Shown here piece by piece: positions 48,525-62,626 of a stretch of 64,000 bases of DNA. The DNA comes from Amoeboaphelidium protococcarum X5 (taxonomy: Eukaryota > Fungi > Aphelidiomycota): contig JALDTO010000251.1 of NCBI GenBank assembly GCA_023515725.1, forward strand, positions 558,001-622,000, in the 5' to 3' direction. The notes under the pieces are model-generated. The model was given only the letters and a program-made list of their open reading frames with translations. It had not been told where the DNA came from and searched no databases. The translations under genes and the position numbers were made by a program. How positions within the stretch are numbered: position 1 is the stretch's first letter; every line of letters begins with the position of its first letter.

Positions 48525-51500
48525 ATGGACATTACGCAGGAAAATTGTTGGCAGGTTATTTCATCATTCTTTGAGGAGAAGGGGCTGGTGAGATAGCAGC
48601 TGGATTCTTTCGACTCATTCATTTAGAACACTATGCAGGAATTGGTTGATGAGCACTCACAACTGGTGCTGCAAAGTAATAGTCAGTTCTCTGGGCAGGA
48701 GGGCGATGTTACTCGCCGTCACGTTATCCAGTTTGGATAAGTGTATTTGAGTAAGCCGCTGCATACGGAGAAGGATGGGATGTCCACGCCATTGTTGCCT
48801 AGTATGGCGAGATTGCGAAATCTAACGTATGCTGCGCCTCTGTACATTGATATCAAAAAGACTACGTACGTGGCGGATCCAAATCATGAATTGAACCAGG
48901 GAATTGTAAATGTTAATGAAATGCACCTGGAGTAGGAGGATGAGGTTATGTATGAGAGAATCTTCTTGGGCAAAGTGCCGCTGATGGTAAAGTCATCGTA
49001 TTGCGCCCTCAGCTCTTCGTCGAATCATGAATTGATGGGCATGGGTGAGTGTCCGTATGATTAAGGTGGATACTTTATCATTAATGGTTCTGAGAAGGTG
49101 TTGATTGCCCAAGAGCGTATGGCTAATAATTAAGTGTACGTATTTGCCAAGAGTCCCCCTAGTCCATACTCTTACACGGCCGAGATTAGATCTGCAGTGG
49201 AACGTGGAGGTAAGAATGCATCAGCCGTCTTTGTCAAAATGTTGTCCAGACTGGCTGACAAAGGCACTTCTGGACAGTATATTCGCTGTCAGATTCCATA
49301 CATTAAATAGGATATCCCAATTGGAATTGTGTTCAGAGCATTGGGTGTTGTCGCGGATAAGGATATTCTGTCTCACATTGTCTATGATCCTGAGGATACG
49401 CAAATGCTTGATCTACTTAAGCCGTGCATTGAAGAGGCTTTCACCATTCAAGATTAGAATGTAGCGTTGGATTTCATAGGCAAACGTGGAACTACGGTCG
49501 GTGTGAGGAGAGAGTAGCGTATAAAGTATGCGCGCGAAATTCTATAGAAGGAGTTTCTGCCTCATGTAGGAGTGGAGGAGCATTCAGAGAGTAAGAAGGC
49601 CTTCTTCTTTGGCTATATGATTAATCGTCTGCTGTAATGTGCTCTTGAGAGAAGAGAGCTGGATGATCGTGATCACTTTGCAAAGAAGAGATTGGATTTG
49701 GCTGGTCCTCTGTTGGGCGGCTTGTTTAGAATGTTGTTCCGCAAGTTGACCACCGATGTGGGCAAGTACTTGTAAAAGTGCATCAATGAAGGTAGAGAGT
49801 TTAATTTGCCGTTAGCTGTCAAGCACTAGATCATTACTAGCGGCCTCAAGTACTCTATCGCAACTGGTAATTGGGGCGATTAGTCCAAAGCCATGTCAAC
49901 GAGAGCCGGTGTTAGTCAGGTGTTGAATCGTTACACTTATATTAGTACTCTGAGTCATTTGAGAAGATGTAACGCACCTATTGGTAGAGAGGGTAAGTTG
50001 GCCAAGCCGAGACAGTTGCACAATTCCTAGTTCGGTATGGTGTGTCCGGCAGAGAGTCCTGAAGGTTAGGCGTGTGGACTTGTAAAGAATTTGGCTCTGA
50101 TGGCGTACGTCTCCGTGGGATCCCCAACATCTCCCGTCTTGGAGTTTCTAGAAGAGTGGGCCATGGAGAATCTGGCCGATGTGAATCCATCCTTCATTGG
50201 TGGTGCGACCAAAGTGTTTGTGAATGGTGTCTGGGTGGGTATACACCGTGATCCGGATATGCTTGCAGAGAATTTGAAGTAGCTGAGACGTAGTCTGGAT
50301 CTCTCACAGGAGGTGTCGATTGTACGTGATTACAGAGACCGAGAGTTGAGACTGTACACTGATAGTGGGCGTGTTTGTCGTCCATTATTTATTGTTAAAG
50401 ATGGCGCTCTGGTGCTTACCAAGAACCATGTGAGTTTATTGGAGAAGAAGGAGATTGGGTGGAATCAGTTACTTGCTGATGGTGTGGTGGAGTATATCGA
50501 TACTGAGGAAGAGGAAACGGCACTGATCAGTATGACGCCTGAGGATCTAGTCGAGTCAAAGATGAGAGCAATGAATGGACAACCTGATTTGAAGAAATGG
50601 ACTCATTGTGAGCTGCATCCATCTCTAATGTTTGGTGTATCTGCATCCACTATTCCATTCCCCGACCATAATCAGTCTCCTAGAAATTGTTATTCTGCCA
50701 GTCAGTCCAAGTAGACAATTGGTGTGTATCTGACAAACTTTCAGCAGCGTATGGACACTCTGTCATCTGTTCTATTCTATCCTTAGAAGCCACTAGTGAC
50801 GACTCGCGCTATGGAGCATTTGCATTATCGTGAACTTCCTGCTGGGTAGAATGCTATTGTCGCCATTGCTTGTCATGGTGGATACAACCAAGAAGATTCC
50901 ATCCTTATGAGCTAGAGTGCCATTGACCGTGGACTGTTCAGATCCTTCTTCTTCCGTACATATACTGAGTAGGTGAAGAAGGTTGGTGCCCTGGAGTTGG
51001 AAGAGATTGAGAAGCCTAATCCTCGCGATACTCTGATTAGACGTGGAAATAATTACGAAAAGTTGGACGCGGACGGTCTAGTTCCTCCTGGCACTAGAGT
51101 GAGTGGAGACGATATCCTCGTGGGAAAGACTGTACCTATTCCTGTAGACTCTGAAGAGCTGGGTCAGCGTACGGCACGTCACGTTAAGCGTGATAGCTCC
51201 GCTACCATGCGCTCCACGGAATATGGCGTTGTGGACCAAGTACTCCTGACCACTAATGACCTAGATCTTAAAATGTCCAAGACTAGGGTCAGGAGTGTCA
51301 AAATTCCGTAGGTGGGAGACAAGCATTGCTCTCGCCACGGATAAAAGGGAGTACTTGGTATGCTGTATAGGTAAGAAGACTTGCCTTATACAGCTGATGG
51401 CATCGTCCCCGATGTCATCATAAATCCACACGCCATTCCTTCGCGGATGACTATTGGTCATCTGATCGAATGTCTGCTGAGCAAAGTGTCTGCGCTGACT

Positions 51501-52049
51501 GGGGATGAGGGAGATGGAACACCGTTTACTGATGTGACTGTGGAAGATATTAGTAATGCGCTGGCCAAGTGTGGATATCAGAAGAGAGGATTCGAGGTGC
51601 TGTACAATGGATAGACTGGTCAAAAGTTGGCTGCCAACATCTTCATTGGACCTACTTTCTACCAGAGACTGAAGCATATGGTTGATGACAAGATTCATGC
51701 TCGTGCTCGTGGTCCTGTCCAGATTCTGACTCGTCAACCGGTAGAGGGACGTTCTCGTGATGGTGGTCTTCGTTTTGGTGAGATGGAGCACGATGTGATT
51801 GTTGCGCATGGAGCAGCAATGTTCCTGAAGGAGCGCCTATTTGACGTATCTGATGCATTCCGCGTCCATGTCTGTGATCTATGTGGACTAATGTGCATTG
51901 CCAACCTGTCCAAGAATTCGTATGAGTGTCGTATTTGCCACAACAAGACTCAGATTAGTCAAATCCACCTGCCTTATGCCACCAAGTTGTTATTCCAAGA
52001 GCTGATGTCTATGAACATTGCACCTCGCATTGTAGTTGACGAGCAATGA
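48525..52049 (+). CDS. RPB2: RNA polymerase II second-largest subunit, with unusual substitutions in conserved motifs
   Basis: One intronless frame of 1174 aa: [68 protein letters not shown] and C-terminal Zn ribbon. Confidence 0.97.
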
Positions 52050-52280
52050 TTACAGTATAGTGCAAGTATGAAGGATTGAAAGTGGAGTTGCGTTAAGAGA
52101 TACGTTACAGTATATTCGCAATACTATTGATAATAATGATAAATAAAAGCGGTATTTGTTAAACTAAGGGCAACTTTCATACAAAATATTCAGTCATTGT
52201 TCTTTCTTTTCACTCTTACACAGACACAAGTTTTGAAAAGCACCGTAATCTTTGACTGATACAACAACACCAAGAAGCAA

Positions 52281-53492
52281 TCACATGTTGACCACTCTGG
52301 ACAACTTTTGCACACGATTCAGGACTAAATCTCCTTACTTAATCACCTAGGTGTACAAATGGTTGCGAGTATCATTCTTCCTGTTCAGCACCAAGTTGGA
52401 CACCTTGTCAATCACGCAATTCAATCTTCCTAGAGCGATAAACTTGCTAATGTCACGGTCAATAAAATCCTCACTCACACCAAAAGTCTTGGCCAGCTGA
52501 GAGAGTGAGAGGGAAGAGTAAGAGTCCAACAGCTGACGATAAGCCAAGATTCTCACCTCCTTCACGTACCAACGATAATGACTGCTCAAATACTTGTCCT
52601 GGTACATCATCTACTCAACATTGCACAGACTCTGGAACAGTACATCATACTTGCAGTCATACAAAGACGACACGAATACCTGCAAGTCGGGAATCTTGTG
52701 AATAACCTCCAACACCTCACTCGAGTCGATAATCTTCTTCTTCAACTCGGCACGTGGAAGAGTCAGCAGACCACACACCAGAGTGTAAGCAACATACTCT
52801 TAGTAGGATAACAACTCAGTAGCAGTGAACGTACTTAAACCATCCAGTAGTAACTCAATCGCACCTTTAAAGTCTCTGATTGACATTTTGTACACACCTT
52901 CATACACCTTCAATCTATTCTTCTTATCCCAGTCACCACCCTGGCTAATAAGATCTTGAGCGCGGACAAGGTTGCGAGTAATCAAGTCATGATCATTGAA
53001 GAAGAGTCCAATACGCAGGAGGGAAAAGATAATGTCCAGCCTGGCACCACTTCCAACAGCCTTATCATAAGCGATATGGTACGCAGTCTCAGCCTTCTCC
53101 CTATCTCCGATAAGCGCAAAGTAGTTGGCAGTATCGATCAACACTTCATACACTTCACTTTCACCATAATTCTTCTCAGCATCGGACAGCTTATCTTTGA
53201 ACGTGGCGATTTGCTCTTCATTCACCTTTACCATCTTCTCATACAGAGTCTAGTCATACTTGCCAATTAGTTGCTACTTCTACGCTGACTGACCTAATTT
53301 CTGGTAAAGAGGAGCCATATTATACAGCTGAATCTATTTCAAAAGTTCTTACTGGGCAGCAACCTTCTTTGCATCCAGACCGTCAACGCCTTACTTGTCC
53401 AACGTCAGCACATGAACGTATTGAGACAACTGCATAATTGGAGCATCCACAACTTCCTTTTTCTTATTTTATTAAGTCTCTGTACTAACCAT
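52281..53492 (-). CDS. RPN7: 26S proteasome lid subunit Rpn7
   Basis: DAEKNYGESEV, GGDWDKKNRLKVYEG, STFTATELLSY and PCI domain YRQLLDSYSSL...RLNCVIDKV. Confidence 0.95.
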
Positions 53493-54290
53493 ATTGTTTC
53501 TCTAATAATTACTAATATTGTTATATCGAGATACAAAAGTTTAGAAGAATAATAGTGCTTGAAGTAAAGATGAATTAAGCTGACGAGTTTGAATTCTACA
53601 GCAGGAACGGAACGGGAAAGTTCAAAGCGGCCCCAAAATAGAATTTGATGAGGAAGAGCGAGGGAAAAGAATTGGAATGAAGATGTACAGTACTGTAGAG
53701 AGGAGAATGAACGCGCGTAGGAGATAAGAAAGCTTTTCTCGTGTTCCGTTACTGTCGAGTACAGAGGGAGTGCTTATATAGTCCATTATGACAGGCTGCT
53801 TTGTTGCGCATGTGCTAAAGGCCTGATTCGGTGTGAGCGTAACTCTCCTCACACATTGCTAGTTGAAGGTATTATCATAAAACTCTTCTAATTTACGGTA
53901 ATGCCCATGAGTTGAAATAATCCAAAACGGCTTGATGAAACATCATGGGTAAAAAAATAGCTTTAGACACGTAGCAAATTAATGACTAGTTGATTAGAAT
54001 CTGATAAAGTCAAAGTTTTAAATTGTTGAAACAATATTGCTAAAGTACTATTAAGCCTACGCTGCAATAAACCAGTAACTAATGTACGTACAGTATACTT
54101 TTTATATAGAATTGTCAAGTAAATTATCACATGTTTACGCGTAAAGAAGCATCAACATCAAAAGTGACTCATTGTTTGAAGTTTAGAGTCATGGCCTTGT
54201 AAACTGCAATGATTTAAATATGACGGATGTATCACACTAGCTCTCTTTTTCACACTAATAACAACTATCAGGACTATTAAACTTAAAAAG

Positions 54291-55592
54291 ATGGTATTGG
54301 AAGAGACTGTGGGATATCAAAGACAATGCGTGACTGCCTCTTAGCCGCTGTGGAGCAAGACTGAAAAGATGAAGGCTCTCGTCTACAAGGGCAAGAAGAG
54401 GGTTGAAGTGAACACTGTGCCACGTCCAATGATCACAGAGCCAAGGGATGCTATAGTGCACATTGAAGTGTCCACCATCTGTGGTTCTGATCTGCACTTG
54501 TATCATGGTGTGGTTTCTGAGACTGAGAAGAGTGATATTCTTGGTCATGAAGCGTGTGGCCGTGTCGTCGAAGTTGGCTCTCAGGTATCCAACGTCAAGG
54601 TTGGTGATCGAGTGTCTATCAGTGCTGTGATTGCGTGTGGTCAGTGTGACTTTTGCAAAATGGGACGTTTCAGCAACTGCGATTGTACTAATCCATCTAA
54701 AGTGCAGGATAGCATGTACGGTGGTGCTACTGCTGCTTTGTTTGGATATTCGCACATGACTGGTGGCTACCCAGGACTATAATCTGAATATGCTCGCGTT
54801 CCTCTGGCTGATGTGAATCTGTTGAAACTGCCAGAGTCTAAGGTTGAGGCTGACGGTGGTTTGAGTGATGAATAGGCAATCATGTTATCTGATGTTGCTC
54901 CGACCGCGTATCAGGCAGCATTATTTTCTGATATTGGCAGCGATGAGTGGCACAAGACTTTGGTGGTATACGGGTGTGGTCCTATTGGTTTGGCAGCTGG
55001 ATACTTTGCAAAGACTCTGTTCAAGGCTGAGAAAGTGGTGATGGTTGATCGCGTACCTGATCGCTTGAAACTGGTTCATGATCATCCTTCATTAAAGGAC
55101 TTGGACTTTATGACTGTTGATGCAAGCTAGGAGAGAAATCCTCTGTAGAAGTGTAAAGAACTATTGGGTGGAAAGGCGCCAGATTGCGTGATTGATGCCA
55201 CAGGATTTGATTATTCCAAGACGTTCACTCACTTCATTGAGTAGAGTCTGGGAATTGAGACTGATTCCATTGACGCGCTGACTGATTGTATCAAGTTGGT
55301 GCGTAAGAGTGGCACGGTGTCAATCATTGGAGTGTACATTGGATACGCAAATCATTTCCCAATTGGCGCCATCATGGAAAAAGGACTTGTGCTGAAGTCA
55401 GGTCAATTACACTGCTAGAAGCATTGGGCAATGCTGTTGGAAAAGATGTTGAGCAAGGAAATTGACTTGAAGTGGTTGGTGTCTCATGTCGAGAGTTTTG
55501 ACAAGATTGGCGAGAGCTACCGCGTCTTTGATGAGAAGAGACATGGTATGATAAAGCCAATTTTTAAGACTTCTGAGCCTGTTGGTGTTTGA
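54291..55592 (+). CDS. Zn-dependent medium-chain dehydrogenase (formaldehyde dehydrogenase-like/YbdR type)
   Basis: ICGSDLHLYHG, LGHE, CGQCDFC..CDC, LFGYSHMTGGYPGLQSEYARVP, LSDVAPT and GCGPIG. Confidence 0.9.
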
Positions 55593-55758
55593 ATGTATGT
55601 GTTTATGCTAATGAATATATATGAAAATGCTTGAATGTGTAAATAGTTTGAAAGAAAAATGCCTGGAATATAATCTTAAGTTGCAGAGAAGATTCTTTAG
55701 TTTTCTCTCTTTATTATTTTTCGATCTTGAAAAAGTATAAAACCGCTCACTAAATAGT

Positions 55759-57276
55759 ATGAAGGACAAATTTTTTATCAGTGCATAAGGCTCTAGTTCA
55801 CAAAAGAGGGCCAGAAACTCTAGATATCCTGATAAAGATAAAGCGGCGAATGATAATGAATATGCTGATGTTGGCGGTGATATTGAGGATGTGTTTTCTG
55901 ATATCGATAAGGTTGACGATGTGAGTGTCAGCGAAAGTGAAAGTGATGAAGAAACTGCTCAGTAGAAACGCGTCAGATTAGCGAAATCTTATATCAACTC
56001 TCTGGCTTAGTAATCTTAATTAAATGATGGTGAATTTGATGCTGCTGAGATTGACCGTGAATTGATCATATCTCGACTTAAATCGGACGCGTTAGAGAAG
56101 AAGGGCAAGCTGATCACGCCTATAGCGGATTCAATTTAGCCAGTTATTGTGGCGTAGAAGGCTCTTAGTAAGCCTGTCAATGCCGTCGGCATATTTTCGG
56201 ATGCTCAATTTATTTATGTTGCAACTAAAGGCAAGTATATCCTTAAATTTGATGTATCCTCTATGAAGTAGTTAGCTTCCATCGAAACATCTGGTCCAAT
56301 TTTCGCGTTGGCTCTATCGCATGATGATAAATATCTAGCCTTCGGTGGTCAGGATAAGCTGGTTTACGTGTATGATACCTCATCTGATTAGTTGGCCATG
56401 AAGTTTAATTAGCATAGAGATTTCGTGACTGCTCTGGCTTTCAAATCTGATCAGCACATGCTATACTCTGCCTCTGCAGATCGTGCTGTGAAAGTGTTCA
56501 ATGTGACTGAGAAGACTTACGTGGAGACTCTGTTTGGTCATCAAGATCAAGTCATGGATTTAGACTCTATCGGTAGTCGGGAGCGATGTATTAGTGTCGG
56601 CAGCCGTGATAAGACTGTGCGTCTGTGGAAAATTGTTGAAGAATCGCAATTGATTTTTAGAGCATCTAGCCATAGAATTACGAAAACTTTGAGCGAAGAT
56701 CTTGTGTCTTTGAAGTGCGATGAAGTTAGTAAATTAGCTGTGGATGAGACTGGATCCGTGGATGTGTTGGCATGTCTAGATGAAGAGTATTGGGTCACTG
56801 GCAGCGATTCCGGGTCCCTGTGCTTATGGAACACTCAAAAGAAGAAACCAGTCTTTACTTTGCCTCACGCACATGGACGCTCTATCGCGGTTTAAAACGC
56901 TGATGGAGTCTCTTTAGAAGTTTAGCTAAACAGAGACAATGCTCTGGAGGTTAGCGAGTAACTGAAATAGTATGTTTATTGCATGTCAAAGCCAAATTGG
57001 ATATCTGCTGTTGCATGCGCGCGATATTCCGATCTGATCATCAGTGGTAGTTGCGATGGTCATCTTCGAATATTTCAAGTGGACAGAGAAGCTAAGCGAC
57101 TTACTTAGATCAAGACTATCCCTATCGCTGGATGGATCAATAGCATCAAGATTAATAAAAATGCCACTCATGCTGTGGTGGGTGTATCCAAAGAGTAAAA
57201 GTTTGGCCGATGGGATCCCGTTAAAGGCAGTAAGAACAAAGTGATCATAGTTGATCTGCGGGTGAACAATGAGTGA
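55759..57276 (+). CDS. RRP9: U3 snoRNP WD40 protein Rrp9/U3-55K
   Basis: EETAQQKRVRLAKSYI, YVETLFGHQD, RLWKIVEESQLIF, KKKPVF and GVSKEQKFGRW. Confidence 0.92.
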
Positions 57277-57412
57277 ATGAAGCGGTTGATCGCTAGTAAG
57301 TCTCAATAGATACTTTAGGCATATCAATTTATAAAGAGTGCATATTTATTTTCATGAGAACTATTCATTATTCAAATCTAGTCAGAGAGATCTCACAAAG
57401 TAAAATACACGC

Positions 57413-57730
57413 TCAGTACAACATGACACGGACAGAGGCACCCATAGACTTTGGAGGAAGGTTCTTTCTGAATTTAGCTTTGACGACGCCAGAATTTCCG
57501 TGTGGGCGCATAATCTTTCCAAAGATAACTCTGACTCTAGATCCATTTATCTCCTTCTTGGCCTTGTATACAAATGCAACGTGCTTGCCCATGTAGAAGC
57601 GTGTGTCCTCAATGCTGCGCACACCATCCACCTAGATCAGTGAGGTGTTCTCCCTCTAATTTCTCTTTGCACGCTTAAATCCAAGAACTCTTCCCTTGAC
57701 GTGTAAACGAGGTCCAGAAAGTAATGCCAT
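57413..57730 (-). CDS. RPL33: 60S ribosomal protein eL33 (L35a)
   Basis: [30 protein letters not shown]...FYMGKHVAFVYKA...HGNSGVVKAKF...VRVMLY*. Confidence 0.95.
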
Positions 57731-58124
57731 TTTATTATTTCTTTTATTTTATTTATCAGAGAATACTCCACCACGTTATCTACTTCACTAAAAGAATTAA
57801 CGTTGAGATTAACGGCCAGAAAGAATTTCGCTTTTCGGTTAATCTAAGGTTGAAAATGCTGGACTCTTTTAGCGCGCTTAGACTTTTCGCGAAAACGCGA
57901 CAAATTAACTCAACGATGCAATTCTGATGAGGAAAAATATATAGATCGAGCCGAGCCCCTGAAACGAACCGTCGCGCCAATGTCCGATTGATTGTTTGAT
58001 CATCTGGGCCGAGACGAAACAATCGGTTAGCAGTGTGTGAGAATGTTGGCTGATATCTTTGGTAACTATGCAGTATGGGGTCATTCATGTTATTTCCCGC
58101 GCATAAGCTGGCACCGCAATAAAT

Positions 58125-59363
58125 ATGTTCTGGAGAGGGAGTAAAGAAAGCGTCGAGTCTGGGAGTAGTGTAGAGCCTTAAGAACCTAGTGTGGATGGAT
58201 ACAAATCAGTGAGACTTCCGGTGCCGATTAACGGTGTGCGTAAACCCAAAGATTAGTATCAATCCAAAGATCTTCTCACAGTCCTACAACCGCATTAGAT
58301 GAACTGGACACATCATGCCGGTGGTGCTGAGAGTTAGACTTTTTACTGCACTATCTACAGCGGCGATGGTCCTGCGAAAGAAGTTACTGGATTTGTCCTG
58401 CTGTAGATTGCATATTCCTCTGTTGTCTCTTCTTCAGTTCAAGTGACTTTTAAATATGTTGATATTAAGTCTGGTTAGAAAGTGTTCTAATCTGCATCAT
58501 TCAATGGTGGATAGTTTTAGTTTACTGGCAGTAATAACAATTGCAGCTTCGTGCTTGATGAGAAGATCCAAGTGGCTTAGATGGTGTCTAATGATGGCAA
58601 GTTTCTTGGTTATAACGTTGTTTGTAAATTGCAATCTACTGTATTCAGCATTCAAGCTTCAGCATGTCCGTAGTTATAAGGAAATTGTCCTCCGCTAGTA
58701 TAAATCGGTGATGGTAAAACATATGTTGGCTCCAACGTCTTTATCACTCACAAATGGGCGCCGTATATGCAATTCAGCGGTCAAATGGTTCAGGATGGTA
58801 AATCTATGGCATTGTCCGGTGTCTGCGCCATGGTACATTAGTTGTAATCTTCCAAGCCTCATTTATGCGCTGTACGCTGGGACTTCGCGTCCATATAACG
58901 CCCTTTAGACTCGGCGGATTCTGATGCGGCTCTGGGTACACTATTTATGCGCTTCGTAGCGCCGGGCAGTAATGGTACATCTCCTGTCGCTGTCTGCTAG
59001 TCTTTAGTGACTACCCATAAAGGAGTTTATGTTTCTTTGGCGTCCAAGTATGTTGAAGGCGGTCAGTGCGTGGAGGACGACAAAAGCAAGTATCAGTTGG
59101 CTACAGAATGCTCTGCGTCCGTGCCTAGATCAGAAAGCTCTCAATTGAACATCAAGTTTATTAACAACTTAAACAAAGCTCTGGACAAAGTGGATATTCT
59201 GGCAGAGCTTCCGTATCTAATACGCAAATTGCTGCAAACTCTTGTTGCGAAACCATTTTGCTTCATGTTTTTCGATCAGGTGGAGGTGTCACACGTTGGT
59301 GGTAATGGACCGCCTTCTTAGTGTTTCGCGTACCATGAGACTACAATTGTGAAGGAAGATTGA
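58125..59363 (+). CDS. SVF1: Svf1 family (survival factor 1) protein
   Basis: WTHHAGGAESQTFY...LQIAYS and C-terminal LDKVDILAELPYLIRKLLQTLVAKPF. Confidence 0.8.
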
Positions 59364-59714
59364 TTGAGTTGAGAATTACAAAGGAGTAAAATAGATAAGA
59401 TAGATTTAAAAATATACTACAGCTCTTTTTCTTTTTTGCAACAACAATCTCAATCGGATGGGCTGATGAGCTTTGCTTTGCGTTGACATTCAATGTTGAC
59501 GCGTTCACTAGCATATTTGATCTACTCCCTATCTGTTTTAGACTATGGAGTTAATTCACGCTCATATTTAGTTATTGAGAAGATATTAAAAATGCAGTAT
59601 CATAGTACTTGATAACATCTACCTTTGATTTCAGGTCTCCATTTCTGCGACATTTTGTTTCCGGATCTATCATTAATAATAATAATACAAAAAGTTGTTA
59701 ATACATCATGTAAG

Positions 59715-60599
59715 TCATATTTACAATCTCTGCATAGTGTCTTCTATCTAACGCGTCTATATCGAGCTGCCGCGTTCTTGAGCAGTGGATTGCTACTTCC
59801 TTTGCTTTCTAGCCTTCTTCTTATCGCGCTTTGTTGGTTTTGCTGGTCTTCGGGGACTCTTACTTTCTACAGTTGCGCTCTCCTTTACTACTGATGCTCC
59901 AACTTGCGGTACTTATTCGATATCCGCCGATTCAGTCAGTAATGTTTCTATGACCTTATCTACGTTATAACTGTGCTGCATCAATAGATTCCTTATGGTA
60001 TCTTCATCGCCATTACCCGAGACTTGAGGCACAGATGAAACCACCACTTTCACGAGAGATTTTAGTTTATCACTGTCAAAAGTAGGCGTTTGAACATGCT
60101 ACTAGCCGTACCTTTAAGTTAAAAGATCAATTGCAGGATTCAATGAATGAACTGAGGAGTAATGTTCATACGAATGATACGCGATCCTTAGTATCTTTGA
60201 AGAAGCTCCAGCAGAGGATATTTAATACACGCGTTCGCTCTAATAAATCCATATTTCTGCAACCATTGACCGACTGAATGCCACCAATTCAATGTTGCCA
60301 CCATATGTCCCATTTTACCTCATCTTGGCCACGTATTCCTCAATGTCTGTATTGCCATCATCCTCTTCAAGAAGAAATGGGACAAAGTCATCACGATGTT
60401 TATCGATATAATCACACACCATCTATCTGATCTCAACGTGCCTATCCTCAGAGCCGTGCAACTAATCAGATAATGCTCTAAATAGGCAGTTGCCGTCTCC
60501 TTTAATTTATTACAATCGTAAACCATTCTTTTATAGCGCAGACTCTAGTTCACCTTCGTTGAATATCTCCTTCCGATGTCCACGCCGTTTTCCGCCCAT
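59715..60599 (-). CDS. OTU-domain deubiquitinase (OTUD3-like)
   Basis: IKGDGNCLFRALSDQL...GTYGGNIELVAFS...IAYHSYEHYSSV and a basic C-terminal tail. Not visible in the standard-code track. Confidence 0.88.
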
Positions 60600-60817
60600 T
60601 GCCAAGTCGTTTCAGCAGAAATAACACACTCACATTCACAATAATCGACCATTCAACATTGATCATGTCGCGTTAGAAAATGCCACATAATTCAGGAAAA
60701 GCAATTGAATACATGGAAAACAAACATGTATCAAATTAAACATAAGAAATATGTAATCAAGCAATTAAGCAATTAAGTTATTTAAAGTCAATATTATTGT
60801 TTTCATAGACACAAGAC

Positions 60818-62149
60818 TCATTCATCATCTTAGTATTGTTGGATGTGCTCAGATTCTCTGTATGAGTCGTTCTGATTTCCTTCGTATATTTGACTTCCGT
60901 GTACTGGGTAGCTGTTATCCCCAAAGAACGAACTATTGCCCTTCTGTCCGTAAATACCAGATCTAGTCGCACTACGCCGTGAGTCTCTTTTATCAAGACT
61001 GCCGCTATTGTACGTGGACACAGACTCGATATTAGGCAAAAAGTCCGATGCACGCTAACCACTGTACTGGTCCTCAACATGATGCTATTATCCTATAAAG
61101 ACTTGACCAAAGACGAGAGCAATAATGGCCAAAAGCATCAGGGTGATACATGCATAAAGAACATCAAACAACTTGTAGTAAACGGCACCATATATTGAGT
61201 TGGCAATGGCCAAGATGAAAACGACGCGTCCCAACCACCAGTGAACCTGATCATGCCAAGGCACATATTTGCGTAGAGGATCGAACAGACGATCAATCAC
61301 AACACCCCAGATGGATTGAACCAACATCAAAGCAATGATAAAAAAGCCCAAAATAGGATGCGCGCCTTCAGCCAAAGTTTCACCGCTACTAGATTTTAAT
61401 GCCATAATAATTAGAATCAACCCAATGATGACAAATATCACAGCAGAGCTCATCAAAATAGCATGCAATCTGAACCACCATACACCGAGAGCAGATTTCA
61501 GAAATCTAGCAATAAAGATACCGGCAGGCACAAACACAAACCATGCTACTATCATCATGGCCGCATGAGCCAGCACCAACTATGTGGCATCAGGCCCGGC
61601 TGCCACAGACTGTTCACTAAATAGATTAGCTCGGATCACACCTTTGGACGCGTGTATTCCCAAAGTACTAAATTCGCCATCAATCGCAGCATCACTATAA
61701 GCCCAGATCATTGAGGTTTCACCATTCGGAATATTCTTCATCCCCGGCTGATCTGCCTTAATCGGACGCTGAAACACAAACGTGTAGAGCCCATTGTTAG
61801 CAGTAGATCCAGTGAGCATTTACGCGTATTGCTACTCATACGGCACGGGAAGTTGACGCTGAGATGAATACGCAGACACCACAGTCAACCGCTTTCCATT
61901 CGCAAATGTCATCATGATATCTGCATCAGACATTGACTGTCCAAGTCCAATAGCACACCAACCTTGTACTTTCGATGTGATGACGAAAGTCATATTAGGT
62001 GAATTGTTAGCAACTGGCTTTGTGGACACGCACATTTTCCCATCTGGAGTGCAGTAATTAAAAGCTTCCACTTGTGCAGTTGATAATACTAATAAGCTGA
62101 TCACTGTTAAGATTAATCCTCGACAATAGTTGTTATAAAACAGCAGCAT
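60818..62149 (-). CDS. DOMON plus cytochrome b561 membrane protein
   Basis: Signal peptide, DOMON (GWCAIGLGQSMSDADI, MIWAYS..H) and b561 with conserved His (AHAAMM, WWFRLHA, HPILG, QVHWWLGR). Confidence 0.88.
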
Positions 62150-62626
62150 TTTCTTTACCTGATACAATATAAATAAATGTGATTCAAAATCAAGATAAGA
62201 AAGTTAGAAGTAATAATGGTCACACAGACTAGATTGTTGAGTGTATCGAGATCAACCAGTCCTAGAGCTAGTTGGACTGGATTATCCAGCTTCTGATTGG
62301 TGGATCGTTTCGACACGTCACATCACTTGACTCCATTCCGGTGTAATATTAGTAACACTGTTCTTTCAGATTTTGTGACCCTCTGAACCTTGATTATAAA
62401 TCATTATAGTGCACATGTTTATCAGATCTTTACTCGTGTTATTATATCGCAGTGACTTTAAACTTTTATTAAACCATCCTAAACAATCAATCACAGTTAT
62501 ATCGTTTCATCTTCAGAAAACTTTCTTCATCTCACAGAGCAGAAAAGGCTCGTTTTACAACTCGAACTATTTCTGAGCTCTTCTCTCTGCGCGCCCCCAA
62601 CTATTATTTATATTGAGTACGCCATT

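Noticed and set aside
57360-57420. Hidden terminal exon restoring the usual PSxI ending of eL33
   Set aside because: No downstream acceptor gives those residues. The protein appears simply to end VMLY*.
62330-62400. tRNA-Glu-like sequence (TCCATTCCGGTGTAAT...CTTTCAG...GACCC)
   Set aside because: It has no TTCGA T-loop and no acceptor stem. At most a heavily decayed relic.
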